64,000 bases of DNA from Eledone cirrhosa. Its lineage: Eukaryota. A program made the translations under genes and the position numbers. Shown one piece after another: positions 40,551-52,500 of this stretch (its first letter is position 1; every line of letters begins with the position of its first letter). The stretch is taken from positions 18,538,001 to 18,602,000 of the forward strand of contig OZ024752.1 of NCBI GenBank assembly GCA_964016885.1, given 5' to 3'. The notes beneath the pieces are model-generated. The model was not told the DNA's origin, searched no databases, and worked only from the letters and a program-made list of their open reading frames with translations.

Positions 40551-43500
40551 GGTCACTGTGGTGTAGAAGTAGGTGAAAGACTAGTTGTGTGGTCATTGTG
40601 ATGTAGAAGTAGGTGAAAGACTAGTTGTGTGGTCATTGTGGTGTAGAAGTAGGTGAAAGACTAGTTGTGTGGTCACTGTGGCGTAGAATGTAGGTGAAAG
40701 ACTAGTTGTGTGGTCACTGTGGTGTAGAATGTAGGTGAAAGACTAGTTGTGTGGTCATTGTGGTGTAGAAGTAGGTGAAAGACTAGTTGTGTTGTCACTG
40801 TGGTGTAGAAGTAGGTGAAAGACTAGTTGTGTGGTCACTGTGGTGTAGAATGTAGGTGAAAGACTAGTTGTGTGGTCATTGTAGTGTAGAATGTAGGTGA
40901 AAGACTAGTTGTGTGGTCACTGTGGTGTAGAAGTAGGTGAAAGACTAGTTGTGTGGTCATTGTGGTGTAGAATGTAGGTGAAAGACTAGTCGTGTGGTCA
41001 CTGTGGTGTAGAAGTAGGTGAAAGACTAGTTGTGTGGTCATTGTGGTGTAGAATGTAGGTGAAAGACTAGTTGTGTGGTCACTGTGGTGTAGAAGTAGGT
41101 GAAAGACGTTGTGTGGTCACTGGTGTAGAAGTAGGTGAAAGACTAGTTGTGTGGTCACTGTGGTGTAGAAGTAGGTGAAAGACTAGTTGTGTGGTCACTG
41201 TGGTGTAGAATGTAGGTGAAAGACTAGTTGTGTGGTCACTGTGGTGTAGAAGTAGGTGAAAGACTAGTTGTGTGGTCACTGTGGTGTAGAATGTAGGTGA
41301 AAGGCTAGTTGTGTGGTCATTGTGGTTTATGTGAGTAGGTGAAAGACTAGTTGTGTGGTCACTGTGGTGTAGAAGTAGGTGAAAGACTAGTTGTGTGGTC
41401 ACTGTGGTGTAGAATGTAGGTGAAAGGCTAGTTGTGTGGTCATTGTGGTTTATGTGAGTAGGTGAAAGACTAGTTGTGTGGTCACTGTGGTGTAGAAGTA
41501 GGTGAAAGACTAGTTGTGTGGTCACTGTGGTGTAGAATGTAGGTGAAAGACTAGTTGTGTGGTCACTGTGGTGTAGAATGTAGGTGAAAGACTAGTTGTG
41601 TGCTCATTGTGGTGTAGAATGTAGGTGAAAGACTAGTTGTGTGGTCACTGTGGTGTAGAAGTAGGTGAAAGACTAGTTGTGTGGTCACTGTGGTGTAGAA
41701 TGTAGGTGAAAGACTAGTTGTGTGGTCATTGTGGCGTAGAATGTAGGTGAAAGACTAGTTGTGTGGTCACTGTGGTGTAGAATGTAGGTGAAAGGCTAGT
41801 TGTGTGGTCATTGTGGCGTAGAATGTAGGTGAAAGACTAGTTGTGTGGTCACTGTAGTGTAGAATGTAGGTGAAAGACTAGTTGTGTGGTCACTGTGGTG
41901 TAGAAGTAGGTGAAAGACTAGTTGTGTGGTCACTGTGGTGTAGAATCTAGGTGAAAGACTAGTTGTGTGGTCACTGTGGTGTAGAATGTAGGTGAAAGAC
42001 TAGTTGTGTGGTCACTGTGGTGTAGAAGTAGGTGAAAGACTAGTTGTGTGGTCACTGTGGTGTAGAATGTAGGTGAAAGACTAGTTGTGTGGTCATTGTG
42101 GTGTAGAATGTAGGTGAAAGACTAGTTGTGTGGTCATTGTGGTGTAGAAGTAGGTGAAAGACTAGTTTTGTGGTCACTGTGTCATAGAATGTAGGTGAAA
42201 GACTAGTTGTGTGGTCACTGTGGTGTAGAAGTAGGTGAAAGACTAGTTGTGTGGTCATTGTGGTGTAGAAGTAGGTGAAAGACTAGTTGTGTGGTCACTG
42301 TGGCATAGAATGTAGGTGAAAGACTAGTTGTGTGGTCACTGTGGTGTAGAATGTAGGTGACAGGCTAGTTGTGTGGTCATTGTGGCGTAGAATGTAGGTG
42401 AAAGACTAGTTGTGTGGTCACTGTAGTTTAGAATGTAGGTGAAAGACTAGTTGTGTGGTCATTGTGGTGTAGAAGTAGGTGAAAGACTAGTTGTGTGGTC
42501 ACTGTGGCATAGAATGTAGGTGAAAGACTAGTTGTGTGGTCACTGTGGTGTAGAATGTAGGTGAAAGACTAGTTGTGTGGTCACTGTGGTGTAGAATGTA
42601 GGTGAAAGGCTAGTTGTGTGGTCATTGTGGCGTAGAATGTAGGTGAAAGACTAGTTGTGTGGTCACTGTGGTGTAGAATGTAGGTGAAAGACTAGTTGTG
42701 TGGTCATTGTGGTGTAGAATGTAGGTGAAAGACTAGTTGTGTGGTCACTGTGGTGTCGAAGTCGGTGAAAGACTAGTTGTGTGGTCATTGTGGTGTAGAA
42801 TGTAGGTGAAAGACTAGTTGTGTGGTCACTGTGGTGTAGAAGTAGGTGAAAGACTAGTTGTGTGGTCATTGTGGTGTAGAATGTAGGTGAAAGACTAGTT
42901 GTGTGGTCATTGTGGTGTAGAATGTAGGTGAAAGACTAGTTGTGTGGTCACTGTGGTGTAGAAGTAGGTGAAAGACTAGTTGTGTGGTCATTGTGATGTA
43001 GAAGTAGGTGAAAGACTAGTTGTGTGGTCATTGTGGTGTAGAAGTAGGTGAAAGACTAGTTGTGTGGTCACTGTGGCGTAGAATGTAGGTGAAAGACTAG
43101 TTGTGTGGTCACTGTCGTGTAGAATGTAGGTGAAAGACTAGTTGTGTGGTCATTGTGGTGTAGAATGTAGGTGAAAGACTAGTTGTGTGGTCACTGTGGT
43201 GTAGAAGTAGGTGAAAGACTAGTTGTGTGGTCATTGTGATGTAGAAGTAGGTGAAAGACTAGTTGTGTGGTCATTGTGGTGTAGAAGTAGGTGAAAGACT
43301 AGTTGTGTGGTCACTGTGGTGTAGAAGTAGGTGAAAGACTAGTTGTGTGGTCACTGTGGTGTAGAATGTAGGTGAAAGACTAGTTGTGTTGTCATTGTAG
43401 TGTAGAATGTAGGTGAAAGACTAGTTGTGTGGTCACTGTGGTGTAGAAGTAGGTGAAAGACTAGTTGTGTGGTCATTGTGGTGTAGAATGTAGGTGAAAG

Positions 43501-46500
43501 ACTAGTCGTGTGGTCACTGTGGTGTAGAAGTAGGTGAAAGACTAGTTGTGTGGTCATTGTGGTGTAGAATGTAGGTGAAAGACTAGTTGTGTGGTCACTG
43601 TGGTGTAGAAGTAGGTGAAAGACGTTGTGTGGTCACTGGTGTAGAAGTAGGTGAAAGACTAGTTGTGTGGTCACTGTGGTGTAGAAGTAGGTGAAAGACT
43701 AGTTGTGTGGTCACTGTGGTGTAGAATGTAGGTGAAAGACTAGTTGTGTGGTCACTGCGGTGTAGAAGTAGGTGAAAGACTAGTTGTGTGGTCACTGTGG
43801 TGTAGAATGTAGGTGAAAGGCTAGTTGTGTGGTCATTGTGGTTTATGTGAGTAGGTGAAAGACTAGTTGTGTGGTCACTGTGGTGTAGAAGTAGGTGAAA
43901 GACTAGTTGTGTGGTCACTGTGGTGTAGAATGTAGGTGAAAGGCTAGTTGTGTGGTCATTGTGGTTTATGTGAGTAGGTGAAAGACTAGTTGTGTGGTCA
44001 CTGTGGTGTAGAAGTAGGTGAAAGACTAGTTGTGTGGTCACTGTGGTGTAGAATGTAGGTGAAAGACTAGTTGTGTGGTCACTGTGGTGTAGAATGTAGG
44101 TGAAAGACTAGTTGTGTGCTCATTGTGGTGTAGAATGTAGGTGAAAGACTAGTTGTGTGGTCACTGTGGTGTAGAAGTAGGTGAAAGACTAGTTGTGTGG
44201 TCACTGTGGTGTAGAATGTAGGTGAAAGACTAGTTGTGTGGTCATTGTGGCGTAGAATGTAGGTGAAAGACTAGTTGTGTGGTTACTGTGGTGTAGAATG
44301 TAGGTGAAAGGCTAGTTGTGTGGTCATTGTGGCGTAGAATGTAGGTGAAAGACTAGTTGTGTGGTCACTGTAGTGTAGAATGTAGGTGAAAGACTAGTTG
44401 TGTGGTCACTGTGGTGTAGAAGTAGGTGAAAGACTAGTTGTGTGGTCACTGTGGTGTAGAATGTAGGTGAAAGACTAGTTGTGTGGTCACTGTGGTGTAG
44501 AATGTAGGTGAAAGACTAGTTGTGTGGTCACTGTGGTATAGAAGTAGGTGAAAGACTTGTTGTGTGGTCACTGTGGTGTAGAATGTAGGTGAAAGACTAG
44601 TTGTGTGGTCATTGTGGTGTAGAATGTAGGTGAAAGACTAGTTGTGTGGTCACTGTGGTGTAGAAGTAGGTGAAAGACTAGTTGTGTGGTCATTGTGGTG
44701 TAGAAATAGGTGAAAGACTAGTTTTGTGGTCACTGTGTCGTAGAATGTAGGTGAAAGACTAGTTGTGTGGTCACTGTGGTGTAGAAGTAGGTGAAAGAGT
44801 AGTTGTGTGGTCATTGTGGTGTAGAAGTAGGTGAAAGACTAGTTGTGTGGTCACTATGGCATAGAATGTAGGTGAAAGACTAGTTGTGTGGTCACTGTGG
44901 TGTAGAATGTAGGTGAAAGGCTAGTTGTGTGGTCATTGTGGCGTAGAATGTAGGTGAAAGACTAGTTGTGTGGTCACTGTAGTGTAGAATGTAGGTGAAA
45001 GACTAGTTGTGTGGTCATTGTGGTGTAGAAGTAGGTGAAAGACTAGTTGTGTGGTCACTGTGGTGTAGAAGTAGGTGAAAGACTAGTTGTGTGGTCACTG
45101 TGGTGTAGAAGTAGGTGAAAGACTAGTTGTGTGGTCATTGTGGTGTAGAAGTAGGTGAAAGACTAGGTGTGTGGTCACTGTGGCGTAGAATGTAGGTGAA
45201 AGACTAGTTGTGTGGTCACTGTGGTGTAGAATGTAGTTGAAAGACCAGTTGTGTGGTCACTGTGGTGTAGAAGTAGGTGAAAGACTAGTTGTGTGGTCAT
45301 TGTGGTGTAGAAGTAGGTGAAAGACTAGTTGTGTGGTCACTGTGGTGTAGAATGTAGGTGAAAGACTAGTTGTGTGGTCACTGTGGCGTAGAATGTAGGT
45401 GAAAGACTAGTTGTGTGGTCACTGTGGTGTAGAATGTAGTTGAAAGACTAGTTGTGTGGTCACTGTAGTGTAGAATGTAGGTGAAAGACTAGTTGTGTGG
45501 TCACTGTGGTGTAGAAGTAGGTGAAAGACTAGTTGTGTGGTCACTGTGGTGTAGAATGTAGGTGAAAGACTAGTTGTGTGGTCACTGTGGTGTAGAATGT
45601 AGGTGAAAGACTAGCTGTGTGGTCACTGTGGTGTAGAAGCAGGTGAAAGACTAGTTGTGTGGTCACTGTGGTGTAGAATGTAGGTGAAAGACTAGTTGTG
45701 TGGTCATTGTGGTGTAGAATGTAGGTGAAAGACTAGTTGTGTGGTCACTGTGGTGTCGAAGTCGGTGAAAGACTAGTTGTGTGGTCATTGTGGTGTAGAA
45801 GTAGGTGAAAGACTAGTTGTGTGGTCACTGTGGCGTAGAATGTAGGTGAAAGACTAGTTGTGTTGTCACTGTGGTGTAGAATGTAGGTGAAAGACTAGTT
45901 GTGTGGTCACTGTGGTGTAGAAGTAGGTGAAAGACTAGTTGTGTGGTCACTGTGGTGTAGAAGTAGGTGAAAGACTAGTTGTGTGGTCACTGTGGTGTAG
46001 AATGTAGGTGAAAGACTAGTTGTGTGGTCACTGTGGTGTAGAAGTAGGTGAAAGACTAGTTGTGTGGTCACTGTGGTGTAGAATGTAGGTGAAAGGCTAG
46101 TTGTGTGGTCATTGTGGTTTATGTGAGTAGGTGAAAGACTAGTTGTGTGGTCACTGTGGTGTAGAAGTAGGTGAAAGACTAGTTGTGTGGTCACTGTGGT
46201 GTAGAATGTAGGTGAAAGACTAGTTGTGTGGTCACTGTGGTGTAGAATGTAGGTGAAAGACTAGCTGTGTGGTCACTGTGGTGTAGAAGCAGGTGAAAGA
46301 CTAGTTGTGTGGTCACTGTGGTGTAGAATGTAGGTGAAAGACTAGTTGTGTGGTCATTGTGGTGTAGAATGTAGGTGAAAGACTAGTTGTGTGGTCACTG
46401 TGGTGTCGAAGTCGGTGAAAGACTAGTTGTGTGGTCATTGTGGTGTAGAAGTAGGTGAAAGACTAGTTGTGTGGTCACTGTGGCGTAGAATGTAGGTGAA

Positions 46501-49500
46501 AGACTAGTTGTGTTGTCACTGTGGTGTAGAATGTAGGTGAAAGACTAGTTGTGTGGTCACTGTGGTGTAGAAGTAGGTGAAAGACTAGTTGTGTGGTCAT
46601 TGTGATGTAGAAGTAGGTGAAAGACTAGTTGTGTGGTCATTGTGGTGTAGAAGTAGGTGAAAGACTAGTTGTGTGGTCACTGTGGCGTAGAATGTAGGTG
46701 AAAGACTAGTTGTGTGGTCACTGTGGTGTAGAATGTAGGTGAAAGACTAGTTGTGTGGTCATTGTGGTGTAGAAGTAGGTGAAAGACTAGTTGTGTGGTC
46801 ACTGTGGTGTAGAAGTAGGTGAAAGACTAGTTGTGTGGTCACTGTGGTGTAGAATGTAGGTGAAAGACTAGTTGTGTGGTCATTGTAGTGTAGAATGTAG
46901 GTGAAAGACTAGTTGTGTGGTCACTGTGGTGTAGAAGTAGGTGAAAGACTAGTTGTGTGGTCATTGTGGTGTAGAATGTAGGTGAAAGACTAGTCGTGTG
47001 GTCACTGTGGTGTAGAAGTAGGTGAAAGACTAGTTGTGTGGTCATTGTGGTGTAGAATGTAGGTGAAAGACTAGTTGTGTGGTCACTGTGGTGTAGAAGT
47101 AGGTGAAAGACGTTGTGTGGTCACTGGTGTAGAAGTAGGTGAAAGACTAGTTGTGTTGTCACTGTGGTGTAGAAGTAGGTGAAAGACTAGTTGTGTGGTC
47201 ACTGTGGTGTAGAATGTAGGTGAAAGACTAGTTGTGTGGTCACTGTGGTGTAGAAGTAGGTGAAAGACTAGTTGTGTGGTCACTGTGGTGTAGAATGTAG
47301 GTGAAAGGCTAGTTGTGTGGTCATTGTGGTTTATGTGAGTAGGTGAAAGACTAGTTGTGTGGTCACTGTGGTGTAGAAGTAGGTGAAAGACTAGTTGTGT
47401 GGTCACTGTGGTGTAGAATGTAGGTGAAAGGCTAGTTGTGTGGTCATTGTGGTTTATGTGAGTAGGTGAAAGACTAGTTGTGTGGTCACTGTGGTGTAGA
47501 AGTAGGTGAAAGACTAGTTGTGTGGTCACTGTGGTGTAGAATGTAGGTGAAAGACTAGTTGTGTGGTCACTGTGGTGTAGAATGTAGGTGAAAGACTAGT
47601 TGTGTGCTCATTGTGGTGTAGAATGTAGGTGAAAGACTAGTTGTGTGGTCACTGTGGTGTAGAAGTAGGTGAAAGACTAGTTGTGTGGTCACTGTGGTGT
47701 AGAATGTAGTTGAAAGACTAGTTGTGTGGTCACTGTAGTGTAGAATGTAGGTGAAAGACTAGTTGTGTGGTCACTGTGGTGTAGAAGTAGGTGAAAGACT
47801 AGTTGTGTGGTCACTGTGGTGTAGAATGTAGGTGAAAGACTAGTTGTGTGGTCACTGTGGTGTAGAATGTAGGTGAAAGACTAGCTGTGTGGTCACTGTG
47901 GTGTAGAAGCAGGTGAAAGACTAGTTGTGTGGTCACTGTGGTGTAGAATGTAGGTGAAAGACTAGTTGTGTGGTCATTGTGGTGTAGAATGTAGGTGAAA
48001 GACTAGTTGTGTGGTCACTGTGGTGTCGAAGTCGGTGAAAGACTAGTTGTGTGGTCATTGTGGTGTAGAAGTAGGTGAAAGACTAGTTGTGTGGTCACTG
48101 TGGCGTAGAATGTAGGTGAAAGACTAGTTGTGTTGTCACTGTGGTGTAGAATGTAGGTGAAAGACTAGTTGTGTGGTCACTGTGGTGTAGAAGTAGGTGA
48201 AAGACTAGTTGTGTGGTCACTGTGGTGTAGAAGTAGGTGAAAGACTAGTTGTGTGGTCACTGTGGTGTAGAATGTAGGTGAAAGACTAGTTGTGTGGTCA
48301 CTGTGGTGTAGAAGTAGGTGAAAGACTAGTTGTGTGGTCACTGTGGTGTAGAATGTAGGTGAAAGGCTAGTTGTGTGGTCATTGTGGTTTATGTGAGTAG
48401 GTGAAAGACTAGTTGTGTGGTCACTGTGGTGTAGAAGTAGGTGAAAGACTAGTTGTGTGGTCACTGTGGTGTAGAATGTAGGTGAAAGACTAGTTGTGTG
48501 GTCACTGTGGTGTAGAATGTAGGTGAAAGACTAGCTGTGTGGTCACTGTGGTGTAGAAGCAGGTGAAAGACTAGTTGTGTGGTCACTGTGGTGTAGAATG
48601 TAGGTGAAAGACTAGTTGTGTGGTCATTGTGGTGTAGAATGTAGGTGAAAGACTAGTTGTGTGGTCACTGTGGTGTCGAAGTCGGTGAAAGACTAGTTGT
48701 GTGGTCATTGTGGTGTAGAAGTAGGTGAAAGACTAGTTGTGTGGTCACTGTGGCGTAGAATGTAGGTGAAAGACTAGTTGTGTTGTCACTGTGGTGTAGA
48801 ATGTAGGTGAAAGACTAGTTGTGTGGTCACTGTGGTGTAGAAGTAGGTGAAAGACTAGTTGTGTGGTCATTGTGATGTAGAAGTAGGTGAAAGACTAGTT
48901 GTGTGGTCATTGTGGTGTAGAAGTAGGTGAAAGACTAGTTGTGTGGTCACTGTGGCGTAGAATGTAGGTGAAAGACTAGTTGTGTGGTCACTGTGGTGTA
49001 GAATGTAGGTGAAAGACTAGTTGTGTGGTCATTGTGGTGTAGAAGTAGGTGAAAGACTAGTTGTGTTGTCACTGTGGTGTAGAAGTAGGTGAAAGACTAG
49101 TTGTGTGGTCACTGTGGTGTAGAATGTAGGTGAAAGACTAGTTGTGTGGTCATTGTAGTGTAGAATGTAGGTGAAAGACTAGTTGTGTGGTCACTGTGGT
49201 GTAGAAGTAGGTGAAAGACTAGTTGTGTGGTCATTGTGGTGTAGAATGTAGGTGAAAGACTAGTCGTGTGGTCACTGTGGTGTAGAAGTAGGTGAAAGAC
49301 TAGTTGTGTGGTCATTGTGGTGTAGAATGTAGGTGAAAGACTAGTTGTGTGGTCACTGTGGTGTAGAAGTAGGTGAAAGACGTTGTGTGGTCACTGGTGT
49401 AGAAGTAGGTGAAAGACTAGTTGTGTGGTCACTGTGGTGTAGAAGTAGGTGAAAGACTAGTTGTGTGGTCACTGTGGTGTAGAATGTAGGTGAAAGACTA

Positions 49501-52500
49501 GTTGTGTGGTCACTGTGGTGTAGAAGTAGGTGAAAGACTAGTTGTGTGGTCACTGTGGTGTAGAATGTAGGTGAAAGGCTAGTTGTGTGGTCATTGTGGT
49601 TTATGTGAGTAGGTGAAAGACTAGTTGTGTGGTCACTGTGGTGTAGAAGTAGGTGAAAGACTAGTTGTGTGGTCACTGTGGTGTAGAATGTAGGTGAAAG
49701 GCTAGTTGTGTGGTCATTGTGGTTTATGTGAGTAGGTGAAAGACTAGTTGTGTGGTCACTGTGGTGTAGAAGTAGGTGAAAGACTAGTTGTGTGGTCACT
49801 GTGGTGTAGAATGTAGGTGAAAGACTAGTTGTGTGGTCACTGTGGTGTAGAATGTAGGTGAAAGACTAGTTGTGTGCTCATTGTGGTGTAGAATGTAGGT
49901 GAAAGACTAGTTGTGTGGTCACTGTGGTGTAGAAGTAGGTGAAAGACTAGTTGTGTGGTCACTGTGGTGTAGAATGTAGGTGAAAGACTAGTTGTGTGGT
50001 CATTGTGGCGTAGAATGTAGGTGAAAGACTAGTTGTGTGGTCACTGTGGTGTAGAATGTAGGTGAAAGGCTAGTTGTGTGGTCATTGTGGCGTAGAATGT
50101 AGGTGAAAGACTAGTTGTGTGGTCACTGTAGTGTAGAATGTAGGTGAAAGACTAGTTGTGTGGTCACTGTGGTGTAGAAGTAGGTGAAAGACTAGTTGTG
50201 TGGTCACTGTGGTGTAGAATCTAGGTGAAAGACTAGTTGTGTGGTCACTGTGGTGTAGAATGTAGGTGAAAGACTAGTTGTGTGGTCACTGTGGTGTAGA
50301 AGTAGGTGAAAGACTAGTTGTGTGGTCACTGTGGTGTAGAATGTAGGTGAAAGACTAGTTGTGTGGTCATTGTGGTGTAGAATGTAGGTGAAAGACTAGT
50401 TGTGTGGTCATTGTGGTGTAGAAGTAGGTGAAAGACTAGTTTTGTGGTCACTGTGTCATAGAATGTAGGTGAAAGACTAGTTGTGTGGTCACTGTGGTGT
50501 AGAAGTAGGTGAAAGACTAGTTGTGTGGTCATTGTGGTGTAGAAGTAGGTGAAAGACTAGTTGTGTGGTCACTGTGGCATAGAATGTAGGTGAAAGACTA
50601 GTTGTGTGGTCACTGTGGTGTAGAATGTAGGTGAAAGGCTAGTTGTGTGGTCATTGTGGCGTAGAATGTAGGTGAAAGACTAGTTGTGTGGTCACTGTAG
50701 TTTAGAATGTAGGTGAAAGACTAGTTGTGTGGTCATTGTGGTGTAGAAGTAGGTGAAAGACTAGTTGTGTGGTCACTGTGGCATAGAATGTAGGTGAAAG
50801 ACTAGTTGTGTGGTCACTGTGGTGTAGAATGTAGGTGAAAGACTAGTTGTGTGGTCACTGTGGTGTAGAATGTAGGTGAAAGGCTAGTTGTGTGGTCATT
50901 GTGGCGTAGAATGTAGGTGAAAGACTAGTTGTGTGGTCACTGTGGTGTAGAATGTAGGTGAAAGACTAGTTGTGTGGTCATTGTGGTGTAGAATGTAGGT
51001 GAAAGACTAGTTGTGTGGTCACTGTGGTGTCGAAGTCGGTGAAAGACTAGTTGTGTGGTCATTGTGGTGTAGAATGTAGGTGAAAGACTAGTTGTGTGGT
51101 CACTGTGGTGTAGAAGTAGGTGAAAGACTAGTTGTGTGGTCATTGTGGTGTAGAATGTAGGTGAAAGACTAGTTGTGTGGTCATTGTGGTGTAGAATGTA
51201 GGTGAAAGACTAGTTGTGTGGTCACTGTGTTGTAGAAGTAGGTGAAAGACTAGTTGTGTGGTCATTGTGATGTAGAAGTAGGTGAAAGACTAGTTGTGTG
51301 GTCATTGTGGTGTAGAAGTAGGTGAAAGACTAGTTGTGTGGTCACTGTGGCATAGAATGTAGGTGAAAGACTAGTTGTGTGGTCACTGTGGTGTAGAATG
51401 TAGGTGAAAGACTAGTTGTGTGGTCATTGTGGTGTAGAATGTAGGTGAAAGACTAGTTGTGTGGTCACTGTGGTGTAGAAGTAGGTGAAAGACTAGTTGT
51501 GTGGTCATTGTGATGTAGAAGTAGGTGAAAGACTAGTTGTGTGGTCATTGTGGTGTAGAAGTAGGTGAAAGACTAGTTGTGTGGTCACTGTGGTGTAGAA
51601 GTAGGTGAAAGACTAGTTGTGTGGTCACTGTGGTGTAGAATGTAGGTGAAAGACTAGTTGTGTTGTCATTGTAGTGTAGAATGTAGGTGAAAGACTAGTT
51701 GTGTGGTCACTGTGGTGTAGAAGTAGGTGAAAGACTAGTTGTGTGGTCATTGTGGTGTAGAATGTAGGTGAAAGACTAGTCGTGTGGTCACTGTGGTGTA
51801 GAAGTAGGTGAAAGACTAGTTGTGTGGTCATTGTGGTGTAGAATGTAGGTGAAAGACTAGTTGTGTGGTCACTGTGGTGTAGAAGTAGGTGAAAGACGTT
51901 GTGTGGTCACTGGTGTAGAAGTAGGTGAAAGACTAGTTGTGTGGTCACTGTGGTGTAGAAGTAGGTGAAAGACTAGTTGTGTGGTCACTGTGGTGTAGAA
52001 TGTAGGTGAAAGACTAGTTGTGTGGTCACTGTGGTGTAGAAGTAGGTGAAAGACTAGTTGTGTGGTCACTGTGGTGTAGAATGTAGGTGAAAGGCTAGTT
52101 GTGTGGTCATTGTGGTTTATGTGAGTAGGTGAAAGACTAGTTGTGTGGTCACTGTGGTGTAGAAGTAGGTGAAAGACTAGTTGTGTGGTCACTGTGGTGT
52201 AGAATGTAGGTGAAAGGCTAGTTGTGTGGTCATTGTGGTTTATGTGAGTAGGTGAAAGACTAGTTGTGTGGTCACTGTGGTGTAGAAGTAGGTGAAAGAC
52301 TAGTTGTGTGGTCACTGTGGTGTAGAATGTAGGTGAAAGACTAGTTGTGTGGTCACTGTGGTGTAGAATGTAGGTGAAAGACTAGTTGTGTGCTCATTGT
52401 GGTGTAGAATGTAGGTGAAAGACTAGTTGTGTGGTCACTGTGGTGTAGAAGTAGGTGAAAGACTAGTTGTGTGGTCACTGTGGTGTAGAATGTAGGTGAA

